A DNA stretch of 64,000 bases from Bacteroidota bacterium. Lineage in GTDB: Bacteria; Bacteroidota; Bacteroidia; UKL13-3. The notes under the pieces were generated by a model. It saw only the letters and a program-made list of their open reading frames with translations. It had not been told where the DNA came from and searched no databases. The stretch lies in contig CANGVA010000008.1 of NCBI GenBank assembly GCA_947457395.1, forward strand, positions 32,629 through 96,628, given 5' to 3'. The translations under genes were made by a program, and so were the position numbers. Positions 19,821 to 29,892 of this stretch are shown here, one piece after another (the stretch's first letter is position 1; each line of letters begins with the position of its first letter).

Positions 19821-21065
19821 TTATTCTGTTTCATAAATGATTAAACCGGTGCGCAACTTAGGTTCAATCCAAGTCGATTTAGGCGGCATAATCAGATTGT
19901 TTTCTGCAATAATTTTCACCTCTTCAATGCTGGTATGATAAAGCGTTATTGCCAGATCAAATTCTTTCTTATCTATGATTTCCTGCAAGGTAAGTATACC
20001 CTTACTGCCATCAATAAATGATAATCTCTTGTCTGTTTTACTATCTTTTATTTGAAAAACTCTATTGAGAATAAACTCTTCTACAATACTCACATCTAGA
20101 TTTTCGAGTATGCCTTCCAGCTCAGCAATATAATCCTCCTTTAATTTGAGCAAATAAGCCGAGTGATTAAAATAAATTCCGAACTCTTTTGGTTTCAATG
20201 GCTGCACAGGAAGGTGCCCACTAGGTATGATTTCAAAGTATCTGGCAATTTCCTGCATAAATTGTGGTTGATGCACCAATTCATCTTTAATGAGGCGGTG
20301 ATACTCCAGGATATGCAATTTGCTAAAGGGTATCAAGCAAACTGGAAAAAAATTAAAACTTTCTTTCCCGTCAAATAATGGATTTATCGTTCTCTTATAT
20401 TCGCAATGCGCTGCAGCACCTGCACTGCGGTGATGCCCGTCAGCAATATATAATGACGGGATATTTTCAAACTCACTTTTAATCAGTTCTATATCCTGTT
20501 CACTGCTTACCACCCAAAGGTTATGCTTAAGTTGATCGGCACTAATAAAGTTATATTCAGGAATATGATGTTCGATATAATGATCAATCAGACTTTCTAT
20601 TTTAGCGGAGTCAGGATAGGTTAATAATACGGGATTCCCTAATTGCTTGAACCATCTGATATGATCGGCAAGTTCATTTTGCTTCTCTGTTAGCGTATTT
20701 TCATGTTTGAGGATTCTGTTGTTATTATAATCATCAACACTTGCAGCAGCAATAATACCTGTATAGGCATTGCTACCTTTTATTACACGATAGATATAAT
20801 AAGATTCCTTCTCATCTCTAATAAACCATCCCTGCTCTTTAAATTTATTAAGGTATTCAAGACCAAGTGGAAAATGTTTTTCAGGATTTTTCTTTTCTCC
20901 CTTAAAATGTAGATAAGGTTTAACAATATGGAGGTAGCTGTATGGATTTGTCTCCAGTTCTGTATATGCTTTATCTCTGCCGGAAGAGTCGTAGCTAGGG
21001 GCAGAGATGAAAGCCACTTTTTCTCGGGAAGGCCGTAAGGCCTTGAAAGGTTTTACAATAGCCAT
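19821..21065 (-). CDS. DUF1015 family protein
   Basis: 'KPFKALRP', 'KHENT', 'YIADGHHR', 'MPPKSTWIEPKLRTGL'; usual neighbour of serC/serA. Confidence 0.9.
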   Translation of the reverse strand: MAIVKPFKALRPSREKVAFISAPSYDSSGRDKAYTELETNPYSYLHIVKPYLHFKGEKKNPEKHFPLGLEYLNKFKEQGWFIRDEKESYYIYRVIKGSNAYTGIIAAASVDDYNNNRILKHENTLTEKQNELADHIRWFKQLGNPVLLTYPDSAKIESLIDHYIEHHIPEYNFISADQLKHNLWVVSSEQDIELIKSEFENIPSLYIADGHHRSAGAAAHCEYKRTINPLFDGKESFNFFPVCLIPFSKLHILEYHRLIKDELVHQPQFMQEIARYFEIIPSGHLPVQPLKPKEFGIYFNHSAYLLKLKEDYIAELEGILENLDVSIVEEFILNRVFQIKDSKTDKRLSFIDGSKGILTLQEIIDKKEFDLAITLYHTSIEEVKIIAENNLIMPPKSTWIEPKLRTGLIIYETE

Positions 21066-21094
21066 GTGTTTATCAGATAAACTGTTGCCGAGAA

Positions 21095-22060
21095 TTATTT
21101 TTTGAAGTGTTCTATTACCTTTTCAGCCAACTCAATGCCAATTCGGTTTTGTGCTTCTACTGTGCTGCCGCCAATATGTGGGCTTAAACTTACATGCGGA
21201 TGAATTAATATATCCATATTTACAGGCGGTTCCTTTTCAAATACATCTAAACCGGCAAATGCAACATGACCCTTGTTTAAATTATCCAGTAAATCTTTTT
21301 CACTAATTACCCCACCTCTTGAACAGTTAATCAAACCCACACCTTTTTTCATTTTATTCATTTTGGCGGCATCAATAATTGCTTTATCGCCTTCATTAAA
21401 CGGAACATGAAAGGTAATAAAATCAGCATGTGTTATTACGGATTCTTCACTAACGGTATGAATGGTTAATTTTATTCTTGAGTTTTGACCAAGTGCGGGT
21501 AACTCCAGGCTTAAATCAACAGCATTTACATAAGGGTCAAAAACCAGCACTTTCATTCCTAATCCCACAGCAATTTTAGCTACTTCCTGTCCAATGCGGC
21601 CAAAACCATAAACACCCATAGTTTTACCTTTGAGTTCAATTCCGTTTGATGCTATTTTTTTAAGATTAGCAAACTCAGTATTTCCTTTATCAGGCATTAC
21701 ACGATTGGTTACCTGTAGAAATCGGGTGCCCGTAAAAATATGGGCAAACACAAGCTCTGCTACTGAAATAGATGAGGATGCAGGTGTATTGATAACGGCA
21801 ATCCCTTTATTCTTAGCATAGGCTACGTCAATATTATCCATTCCTACACCACCACGGCCAATAAGCTTAAGTCCGGGACAAGTATCAATTAAATCCTTTC
21901 TTACTTTGGTTGCACTGCGCACAATAATGGCATCATAAGCCTGTAGTTTTTCTTTTAGTTCTTCCTGAGCAATTTTATTGGTATCTACAATAAATCCTGC
22001 TGCTTCCAGCATCTTTTTCCCTGTGGCATCAATGCCATCATTTGCTAATATTTTAGTCAT
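21095..22060 (-). CDS. serA: D-3-phosphoglycerate dehydrogenase (short form, no ACT domain)
   Basis: 'VRSAT', 'GVGMDNID', GFGRIG, 'DVFEKEP', 'PHIGGST'; adjacent to serC. Confidence 0.85.
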   Translation of the reverse strand: MTKILANDGIDATGKKMLEAAGFIVDTNKIAQEELKEKLQAYDAIIVRSATKVRKDLIDTCPGLKLIGRGGVGMDNIDVAYAKNKGIAVINTPASSSISVAELVFAHIFTGTRFLQVTNRVMPDKGNTEFANLKKIASNGIELKGKTMGVYGFGRIGQEVAKIAVGLGMKVLVFDPYVNAVDLSLELPALGQNSRIKLTIHTVSEESVITHADFITFHVPFNEGDKAIIDAAKMNKMKKGVGLINCSRGGVISEKDLLDNLNKGHVAFAGLDVFEKEPPVNMDILIHPHVSLSPHIGGSTVEAQNRIGIELAEKVIEHFKK

Positions 22061-22074
22061 AGTTGATTATGCAC

Positions 22075-22450
22075 TTATGGTTTAATGTAATTTTTCTTTA
22101 GGTAACTTATGTAGCCAATCAATAAATTAGTTTAATAAAACCTTAAATTCAAAATAATCAAATTTACCATATAAATATATTTTTTCGTTCAAAGCTACTA
22201 CTAAATGGCCAATTAATTCATTTATGGAGGCTATAGCTATAATGCAAAATTTCATATTTTATTTCGGTAAATCTACTCTATTCTGTTTACAGTAATTCAC
22301 CCACTGGCTCTTGTAATCTTACTTGTTAATCATTATTATTCACCAGCGAGAATTATTTTTGTTAGTTTGCTAATTTCACTTTATAGCTTCCTTGCTATTT
22401 TGTAAGCAATTAATTGTTCGAACCATTCAAAAACTCTTTTCATTTTCCAC
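22075..22450 (-). pseudogene. Heavily degraded four-helix-bundle (23S rRNA IVP-like, TIGR02436) gene
   Basis: Manual translation with stops and frameshifts: FEQLIAYKIARKL*SEISKLTKIILAGE***LTSKITRASG*ITVN ... NMKFCIIAIASINELIGHLVVALNEK ... LIGYISYLKK, collinear with the family pattern. Confidence 0.7.
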
Positions 22451-22479
22451 TATTATTTTATCCTTATAGAATAAAGTTA

Positions 22480-23565
22480 TTAGGCCAGAGAAACCTTAAG
22501 GGCCTCAAATTCCTGCATGGCATTAACTAATTCTTGCACGCTTGCTAGTTCCAGTGCATTATATAAACTGGCTCTTAATCCGCCAACTGAACGATGTCCT
22601 TTTAATCCGCTAAGGTTTTTGCTCTCACAGAATTTTAAGAATTCAGCTTCATGGCCTTTATTCGTCAGAATAAAATTAACATTCATGCGACTTCTGTCCT
22701 CTTTCGCAACTGTTCCGGTAAACAGGCTGTTTCTATCTATTTCGTTATAAAGTAAATCAGCTTTGGCCTTATTGCGTTCGCCCATTGCTTCCAGCCCTAT
22801 GGATTTTATCCAGCGCAGGGTGTGCATACAAACGAAAATGGCAAATACACTTGGGGTATTATACATGCTGCCATTTTCTACATGCACTTTATAATCAAGC
22901 ATAGTTGGTATGGAGCGTTTGGCTCTTTTCTCCAGGAATGATTTCTTTATGATCACCAATGTTGTGCCTGCAGGGCCCATATTTTTTTGGGCACCTGCAT
23001 AAATAAGATCAAATGCAGTGGCGTCAAAAGGCCTGCTGAAAATATCTGAACTCATATCACAAACCAGCGGTACACCATTTGTTTCAGGGAAACTAAACAT
23101 TTCAGTTCCATATATGGTATTGTTGCTGGTGCAGTGAAAATACGCTGCATCCGCAGGAATTGTATAATCTTTTGGGATATAGCTGTAGTTCTTATCCTCA
23201 CTGCTTGCCAGCACATTTACATTGCCAAACATTTTTGCTTCCTTGATTGCACGACTTGCCCAAACACCAGTATTGGTATAGGCTGCGGTTTGTTCCTCGC
23301 CCAGCCAGTTCATAGGAATCATATCAAATTGCAGGCTAGCTCCACCCTGTAAGAAAATAACGGAATAATCATCGCCTAGTTTTAGGATATCCTTAACCAG
23401 TTGTGTAGCCTCTGCAACCACTGCTTCGTATTCCTTGCTGCGGTGCGAAACCTCAATCAGTGATAAACCTGTTCCTGCAAAATTCTGAAGTGCTTCAACG
23501 GAAGCATCGATAGCAGATTTAGGCAAAATGGCCGGACCTGCTGAGAAGTTATGAACTTTATTCAT
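22480..23565 (-). CDS. serC: Phosphoserine aminotransferase
   Basis: 'NFSAGPA', 'SHRS', 'GAQKNMGPAG', 'GHRSVGGLRASLYNA'. Confidence 0.96.
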   Translation of the reverse strand: MNKVHNFSAGPAILPKSAIDASVEALQNFAGTGLSLIEVSHRSKEYEAVVAEATQLVKDILKLGDDYSVIFLQGGASLQFDMIPMNWLGEEQTAAYTNTGVWASRAIKEAKMFGNVNVLASSEDKNYSYIPKDYTIPADAAYFHCTSNNTIYGTEMFSFPETNGVPLVCDMSSDIFSRPFDATAFDLIYAGAQKNMGPAGTTLVIIKKSFLEKRAKRSIPTMLDYKVHVENGSMYNTPSVFAIFVCMHTLRWIKSIGLEAMGERNKAKADLLYNEIDRNSLFTGTVAKEDRSRMNVNFILTNKGHEAEFLKFCESKNLSGLKGHRSVGGLRASLYNALELASVQELVNAMQEFEALKVSLA

Positions 23566-23672
23566 TTTGTGCTGTTTATAAAAGCTATGCGAAATAAGGT
23601 TTATTCGGTTAATTTCGCCAATTAATAGGCTTTATTTTTTGCAAATTATTCGCCCAGTAATAGAACTTATTT

Positions 23673-24308
23673 ATGAATAAAAGACATAAGCATCTATACA
23701 AATTAATCATTATTCCTGCTATTTTACTGCTGGCAAATCCTACTATGGCACAGCGAAAGCTTAAACAACTTGATGAGCAGAAAAAAGAGGATTCTAACAA
23801 AAAGTATGACAAGCCTGAAAGCTTTTGGGATAAAGTAAGTTTTGGTGGCAATATTGGTGGAGGATTCGGTCAAGGTGTTTCCAGTTTTTTACTTCAGCCT
23901 CAGGCATTATATCGCGTCAATGATAATCTCGGTGTGGGTATGGGATTTACTTATTTTTATTGGAGTAGAGAAATACAATATGCAAGTGGAACAAAAAAAA
24001 CCTATTCAGACAATTCTTATGGACCTAACCTTTTTGTGCGCCAGCGTTTATTCAGCGAAATATTTGGTTATGCAGAATATAATGCCATGAACTTTACCTC
24101 ATTTAATGAGTTTGGTCAGTCCAGAAGATTATGGAATCAGGCTTTGTTTCTAGGTCCCAGCTATGTTCAGGAAACTGGCCGCGGTGGTGCTTATATTCTA
24201 ATTTTATATGATGTGTTGTGGCGCCAGGATGACCTATCGCAGCCGGGGAGCTTTACCACAAATTTCAGGGTTTCTCCATGGGATTTTCGTATTGGATTTT
24301 TCTTTTAA
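23673..24308 (+). CDS. Hypothetical outer-membrane beta-barrel protein
   Basis: Signal peptide, 'FGGNIGGGFG', amphipathic strands, ends in RIGFFF. Confidence 0.6.
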   Translation: MNKRHKHLYKLIIIPAILLLANPTMAQRKLKQLDEQKKEDSNKKYDKPESFWDKVSFGGNIGGGFGQGVSSFLLQPQALYRVNDNLGVGMGFTYFYWSREIQYASGTKKTYSDNSYGPNLFVRQRLFSEIFGYAEYNAMNFTSFNEFGQSRRLWNQALFLGPSYVQETGRGGAYILILYDVLWRQDDLSQPGSFTTNFRVSPWDFRIGFFF

Positions 24309-24916
24309 ACAAACCAAAACAGCTGTTTAATAAAAAATATAAATAAGGCCGGTTTAAATACGATGGTATAAAGTATGCCATATATGGCACCAAAGAAATG
24401 AGCCTCATGGTTTACATGATCAGTTGCTTTCTGATTCATATACCATGAATAAAACATGTAGGCAATGCCCCATACGATGGCAGGAAGACCCAGTAATCCG
24501 TATAGATATATTTTTTGGTAAGGTTTGAATAAAATGAATATAAATACAATAGCTGATACAGCTCCTGAAGCACCCAGCGATCTGTAATTGCTGCTATGCA
24601 TATATTTCTGATAGGTTGAAACGTTTGCTGCTCCTATGGCAGATAGGTATAATAACAGGTACATCCAGATACTTTTAGGATACCCAAATGCCATTGCATA
24701 GTATTGCTCTACTGCCGTGCCAAAGGAGTACAATACAAACATATTTACTGCCAGATGAATAAAATCAGCATGCAACAATCCGCATGTAAAAAAGCGATAC
24801 CATTGTTTATACTTGTGCACGGTGTAAGGCTCAAAAATGAGTTGATTGGTTAGTGTTTGGTTGTAAAACCCTAAAATACTAACTATGCAGGTAATGATTA
24901 CAATATAAATAGTCAT
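24305..24916 (-). CDS. Rhomboid family intramembrane serine protease
   Basis: 'WYR', 'HADFIHLAVNM', GASG, 'HEAHFFGA'; ATG at 24916. Confidence 0.92.
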   Translation of the reverse strand: MTIYIVIITCIVSILGFYNQTLTNQLIFEPYTVHKYKQWYRFFTCGLLHADFIHLAVNMFVLYSFGTAVEQYYAMAFGYPKSIWMYLLLYLSAIGAANVSTYQKYMHSSNYRSLGASGAVSAIVFIFILFKPYQKIYLYGLLGLPAIVWGIAYMFYSWYMNQKATDHVNHEAHFFGAIYGILYTIVFKPALFIFFIKQLFWFV

Positions 24917-24936
24917 GCACGGCAAATATAGCCTTT

Positions 24937-25446
24937 ATGAAAAGAGTTGGTATTTTATCTGATACGCATGGTTACCTGCATCCTTATCTGTTCACTTTCT
25001 TTAAAGATTGTGATGAGTTGTGGCATGCTGGCGACTGGGGTAATTTGGAAACCATTAAACAATTGGAAGCTTTTAAGCCGGTTAGGGGCGTTTGGGGAAA
25101 TATTGATGACAGAGCAGTAAGGATGCATTATCCAGAGATAAATAGCTTTGAAATTGAAGGGTTCTCGGTATGCATGCTTCATATTGGTGGCTATCCGGGC
25201 AGCTATAGCCCCAAGTTTAAACAACAGTTGCAACACAAAATACCTGATATCATGGTATGCGGTCATTCCCATATTTTAAAAGTAATGAAAGATCCCAAAA
25301 ATAGTTTGATGCATTTTAATCCCGGAGCGGCAGGAAAAAAGGGTTTTCATCAGGTATGCACTGCACTGCGATTAACCCTTGATAGAAAAAAGATGTTTGA
25401 AATGGAGGTGTGGGAGCATAAAAGAATTGCAGATGCAACCATTTAG
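24937..25446 (+). CDS. Metallophosphoesterase (YfcE family)
   Basis: SDTH, HAGD, GNID, GHSH, NPG motifs. Confidence 0.9.
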   Translation: MKRVGILSDTHGYLHPYLFTFFKDCDELWHAGDWGNLETIKQLEAFKPVRGVWGNIDDRAVRMHYPEINSFEIEGFSVCMLHIGGYPGSYSPKFKQQLQHKIPDIMVCGHSHILKVMKDPKNSLMHFNPGAAGKKGFHQVCTALRLTLDRKKMFEMEVWEHKRIADATI

Positions 25447-25761
25447 GTATTAAATTAGACTCTCTTTTAAAAAAATGCAGTTAGGGTTAGATTTTGTGCT
25501 CTTAAAGCACCATTCAAGGAAAATCGGTCATCATTTCTGCATCGTTAAAACCTAGTTATTTATACAATTAGTAGGCTGGTATGGCTTAAAAGATTAAGCT
25601 TGGGTGTTCTTTTAATAGCGTTTTATATTTACAATCAGGTTTTTACAGGTTGTTTACATAGAAAATGCATTGGTTAATTGACTACAAACAGAATTTTATT
25701 ATTTTGCCAGTCAAAATAACCGTAACAAAGGTTACTAACAACAGAATAATAAATCGTTTAT

Positions 25762-28026
25762 ATGAAAAAGATAATACTTAGCATGATTGTAGCGGCAGTT
25801 TCTTTTGGAGCTTCTGCCCAAGTTAAAATGTGCGGAACTGATGAGTATCTGAGAGATCAGATGCAGTTAAATCCTCAGCTTGCAATTGACAAGGCTCAGT
25901 TCGAGGCTGGTCTAAAGGATTTTATGAAGACCTTCAATGCTAAGGAATACAGAAAAGCTACAAGAGCCTACGGTAAAAATGCCCAGCCGAAGTACATTAT
26001 TCCAGTAGTTGTGCATGTATTCCACAATAATGGCTCTGAAAATATATCCGATGCCCAAATTCAGAGTGAGATCAATTTCCTAAATAGAGCTTTCAGAAAG
26101 GCAAATAGTGATACAGGAAGAATAAGACCATTCTTTAAAGACATTGCAGAAGATGCTCAGATTGAGTTTAGATTAGCAAGAAAGGATCCCAATGGTAATT
26201 GCACAAACGGTATTGTAAGGGTATTTACACCATTAACTGAAAGGGGTAATGATAACTTGAAAAGACTTAGTTCATGGGATACCAAACGTTACTTTAATAT
26301 GTGGGTTGTACGAACCATCAGTCGTGGTCCAGGTGTGGCCTTGGCCGGATATGCCCAGTTTCCTTTCTTTGCAGGTGGTACTTCATCCTCCATCACGGAT
26401 GGTATTATGGTAATTCATAATGAATTTGGTAACATCGGAACTTCTTTGCCAGGTCAAACACCAAACGTAACAACGGGAACACATGAAGCAGGTCATTGGT
26501 TTGGATTATATCACCCATTTCAGGGAGATAGTTGTGATAACGAAGGTGACGGTATACAAGAAACGCCTACTACTTATAAATGGCAGGAGGGTCTAAGGCC
26601 ATGCTGCCCGGCTATCAATTGCAAACAAAGCCCATGTACAACTGTAAGTAATCAGGAAGTTGTTAGAACTCCTAATACTTGTGGATCAGATAATCCTGAT
26701 TTGCCTGATCAAATTGAAAATTTTATGGATTATTATACCGGGGACAGTGCCAGTAATATGTTTACCACAGAGCAGGTAGCTCGGATGCATTTTTGCCTTA
26801 ATACCTACCGAAGAGAGCTTTGGCAGCCTGAAAATCTTGTTAGGACAGGGGTTGATGTTACAAGTGCACCTTCTTGCCCTCCGGTTCCTGCATTTAGCAG
26901 CACTACCGGAAACTTTGCTGTTTGCACAGGTGTTGACTTTACATTCAGAGATAACTCTTATAACGGAACCATAACCGCGCGTGAGTGGAACTTTGGCGAA
27001 GGAGCAACTCCTGCAACGGATGTTACAACCACCCCAACTGTTAGGTGGAGCACACCAGGGTGGAAGAATATTACGCTCAAAGTAACCAACGCTGCAGGAA
27101 CAACAACCAAGGTGTTTGAGAAAGCAATATTTGTTGAGGATCCAAATAACATTCCTAAAGATGGCAATGTTTCCTATGCCGATTGGGATTATATCAATGA
27201 TTTTATAAATAAAGGTTGGTACTTTGAAAATGAAACGCCAAATGCCCGATGGCTCAGAACAACCAATGCTGTTTACTCAGGTGGATATAGCATGGTTTTA
27301 GAGAGGTCTTCTCTTAGTTTTGGTTCAGCCTATTCTCTTATTTCTCCAACATACAATTTAAGTGGAGGTAGCCAGGCTTATCTTCAGTTCTTCTATTCAT
27401 TTGCATCTAGTTATATTTCGCCTGCAAATACCAACGACTCAAGAGATGGTTTAGCCATATTTGTTTCAACAGATTGCGGCAAAACATGGCTCAGAAGGCT
27501 CAATATTGAAGGCTCAGCTACAGCAACCACTCCAAATACTTTAAATACCAATCTTGCTCCGCTTCAATCTGTAGGTTACTACATACCAACTAACCTTACG
27601 CAGTGGAAGAAACTAGAAATTAAAGGACCTGAGGTTGGAACCGGTGCGCAGTTAAACAATGTTAGATTTAAGATAACATTTACTTATCAGGGTGGTCATA
27701 ATTTATATCTTGATAATTTACAGGTTGGTCTTAACAGTAGCGTGAATGAAACACTAAGACCTTCAGATATAAAATTTGAAGTCTATCCGAATCCCTTTAA
27801 TCAAACAGCTAATGTGTCATTTGAAACACAAAGCAAAGGTGCTGTTAAAATTGATTTAATGGATATTGCAGGCAAGCACATCGCCACACTGAGTAATGAA
27901 GTGAAAGAATCAGGAATGCATAAATTAACTATTGATAGAAATACATTGAATCTGAAAAATGGAATGTATTTCATCCAAGTTAAAGTGGGCGATTCTGGTT
28001 TTACACATAAAATTGTATTGCAGTAA
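25762..28026 (+). CDS. M43 (pappalysin-like) zinc metalloprotease with PKD domain and T9SS C-terminal sorting domain
   Basis: Propeptide CG, 'IPVVVHV', HEAGHWFGLYH, Met-turn NFMDY, PKD 'WNFGEG', CTD 'YPNP...GMYFI...KIVLQ'. Confidence 0.9.
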   Translation: MKKIILSMIVAAVSFGASAQVKMCGTDEYLRDQMQLNPQLAIDKAQFEAGLKDFMKTFNAKEYRKATRAYGKNAQPKYIIPVVVHVFHNNGSENISDAQIQSEINFLNRAFRKANSDTGRIRPFFKDIAEDAQIEFRLARKDPNGNCTNGIVRVFTPLTERGNDNLKRLSSWDTKRYFNMWVVRTISRGPGVALAGYAQFPFFAGGTSSSITDGIMVIHNEFGNIGTSLPGQTPNVTTGTHEAGHWFGLYHPFQGDSCDNEGDGIQETPTTYKWQEGLRPCCPAINCKQSPCTTVSNQEVVRTPNTCGSDNPDLPDQIENFMDYYTGDSASNMFTTEQVARMHFCLNTYRRELWQPENLVRTGVDVTSAPSCPPVPAFSSTTGNFAVCTGVDFTFRDNSYNGTITAREWNFGEGATPATDVTTTPTVRWSTPGWKNITLKVTNAAGTTTKVFEKAIFVEDPNNIPKDGNVSYADWDYINDFINKGWYFENETPNARWLRTTNAVYSGGYSMVLERSSLSFGSAYSLISPTYNLSGGSQAYLQFFYSFASSYISPANTNDSRDGLAIFVSTDCGKTWLRRLNIEGSATATTPNTLNTNLAPLQSVGYYIPTNLTQWKKLEIKGPEVGTGAQLNNVRFKITFTYQGGHNLYLDNLQVGLNSSVNETLRPSDIKFEVYPNPFNQTANVSFETQSKGAVKIDLMDIAGKHIATLSNEVKESGMHKLTIDRNTLNLKNGMYFIQVKVGDSGFTHKIVLQ

Positions 28027-28043
28027 GAATAAGACAGTTTGCG

Positions 28044-28084
28044 AAAAAAAAACGGCTGCTATCTTTGATAGCAGCCGTTTTTTT
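28044..28084. terminator. Bidirectional intrinsic terminator
   Basis: A-tract, CGGCTGCTATC-TTT-GATAGCAGCCG, T-tract; lies between convergent genes. Confidence 0.88.
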
Positions 28085-28102
28085 ATGCCCGTATTTTTGC
28101 TT

Positions 28103-28522
28103 CTAAAGATATTCAATGCTGAATTTAATCGGGAAGGCTTTGCCTAGCATAGCGCTAACTCCGCAGTATTTTTCTTTAGACAGATTTACTGCTTTTTCCA
28201 TTTTCGTTCTTTCCGTCTCAGCAATTTTTATTTTATAAATAACTTCGGCTGATGCATAGACACGTGGGTGCTCATCTGTTAATTCAGCTTTTGTTTGAAT
28301 ACTGAATTGGTCGAAATTAACCTTCATCTTATTCAGCAAAGAAACAATATCCATACCTGTGCAGCCTGCCAATGCCGAAAGGAGTAAAGGCTTTGGGCTA
28401 GGGCCCGAGTTATTGCCACCACCGGTTGTTTTAGTATCTAGTCTAATCGTGTGTCCGTCTATGACAGTATCAAAAGCCATTCCGCCAACAAAAGCAGTAC
28501 TAATTTGGTGCAGAGTTCCCAT
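28103..28522 (-). CDS. OsmC/YhfA family protein
   Basis: 'GPSPKPLLLSALAGCTGMD' and 'KYCGVS'. Confidence 0.88.
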   Translation of the reverse strand: MGTLHQISTAFVGGMAFDTVIDGHTIRLDTKTTGGGNNSGPSPKPLLLSALAGCTGMDIVSLLNKMKVNFDQFSIQTKAELTDEHPRVYASAEVIYKIKIAETERTKMEKAVNLSKEKYCGVSAMLGKAFPIKFSIEYL

Positions 28523-28523
28523 C

Positions 28524-28850
28524 TTACCGATTAATTTCAATTAAACGCTGCAGACTTAACCATGATCCACCATTGTATATTTCAACCCCTTTGGCAGAAA
28601 GCACAGCGGCAGCCTGCCTGCTTCTGATTCCACTTGCACAGCACACAATCACAGGTCTGCCGGAATGGATGAATTCTCCTGCCTTTGCAACAATTTGATT
28701 CAATGGAATATTAATAGAACCAGGTATATGGTCCCCTTTGTATTCGTTCTCCGTTCTTACATCTACAATTTGCGCATCTCTGGAAATAGCTTGTAAAAGT
28801 AATTGCTCTTTTTTTTCGTTTCCGGTAAGTTTTTTTAAAAATGATAACAT
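28524..28850 (-). CDS. Rhodanese-like domain protein
   Basis: 'DVRT', 'HIPGSINIPL', 'CASGIRS'. Confidence 0.88.
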   Translation of the reverse strand: MLSFLKKLTGNEKKEQLLLQAISRDAQIVDVRTENEYKGDHIPGSINIPLNQIVAKAGEFIHSGRPVIVCCASGIRSRQAAAVLSAKGVEIYNGGSWLSLQRLIEINR

Positions 28851-28865
28851 AGTTAGTTTAGTTTT

Positions 28866-29165
28866 TTACTTAATAAATGAATGTATAATACCTTTTAGTT
28901 GAGCGGCAGGTATCACTCCAGATTGCCTCCAAAGCACTTTGCCTTCTCTAAATAACATAAATGTAGGTACACCCCTTATTTCATAATGAGCTGCCGCTTG
29001 CTGGTTTCGGTCTATATCTACTTTAATAATTCTAATTGCTTCTCCCATATCACCGGCCACTTCCTTAAGAATGGGTGCCATTATTTTGCATGGCTGGCAC
29101 CACTCTGCTGAAAAGTCTACCAGAACAGGTGTTTTATTATTGATGATATCTTGAAAAGTTGCCAT
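28866..29165 (-). CDS. trxA: Thioredoxin
   Basis: WCQPC active site and 'GVPT'. Confidence 0.85.
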   Translation of the reverse strand: MATFQDIINNKTPVLVDFSAEWCQPCKIMAPILKEVAGDMGEAIRIIKVDIDRNQQAAAHYEIRGVPTFMLFREGKVLWRQSGVIPAAQLKGIIHSFIK

Positions 29166-29205
29166 CGTTCAGTTCTCAAATCTCTATAGAGAATGAAATA
29201 TTTTT

Positions 29206-29221
29206 TATGATATATCTCATA
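29206..29221. promoter_or_regulatory. Palindromic TATGA-N6-TCATA operator (Crp/Fnr-like spacing) upstream of trx-rhodanese-osmC
   Basis: TATGA TATATC TCATA; identical arms at 49462-49477 and a partial copy at 29937-29952. Confidence 0.5.
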
Positions 29222-29337
29222 GATACAAAAAACTTATGACAAAGCATATCATCATACACTTACTTAAATTATTCAACTCATGCCAGTAAATCCTGTGTAC
29301 TGATTTAATATGTTATGGAGGTAGTACTTTGGTAGAA

Positions 29338-29892
29338 CTACTTGGTGCTGATTGGGATATTAACCAATGTGTGATCCCAGTGTAGGTTTAGTGATGCACT
29401 GCCTGCACTATCAGGTTGTGAAAATGTTATTAGAAATTGCTCTTGTTCCGGTGCCTGGTTATTAGCACTTACCTCTGTACGAAGCACATCATTTTCTTCA
29501 TCGGGAGCCAAAAATCCCCATCGGTCAAAATCTTTATTGATTGCAATAATCCATTTGGATTCACCGGGTATCGTATACAAGCAGTAAACACCAGCATTAA
29601 GTGGCTGGTCATTGAATAAAATATCCTTATTCACTTTTATTGTGGTTGCTTCATTGGCACCTGCTCTCCAGTATTTGCCGTATGGTTGCAGGGCACCATT
29701 TTTCTCCTCACCAAAAATCAGGCGGTTTTTGCGGTAGGGGCTGCAATAATTTACTTCAATTTTTAAGTCGTTAAACTCATAAAGAGCGTTTGCTGCCGGA
29801 CTATGTTTCTTTGTAGCGCTACGCAAGTATCCGAAAATGCCTGCAAGGGCAGCACCAACAATTAATAAAATGATAATTAATTTCTTCTTCAT
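29338..29892 (-). CDS. DUF2911 domain protein
   Basis: 'SP...YCSP...R.IFG...PYGKYWRAGANEAT'. Confidence 0.85.
   Translation of the reverse strand: MKKKLIIILLIVGAALAGIFGYLRSATKKHSPAANALYEFNDLKIEVNYCSPYRKNRLIFGEEKNGALQPYGKYWRAGANEATTIKVNKDILFNDQPLNAGVYCLYTIPGESKWIIAINKDFDRWGFLAPDEENDVLRTEVSANNQAPEQEQFLITFSQPDSAGSASLNLHWDHTLVNIPISTK

Noticed and set aside
19821-23565. DUF1015 with serA/serC as a novel pathway
   Set aside because: This is a widely known conserved neighbourhood.
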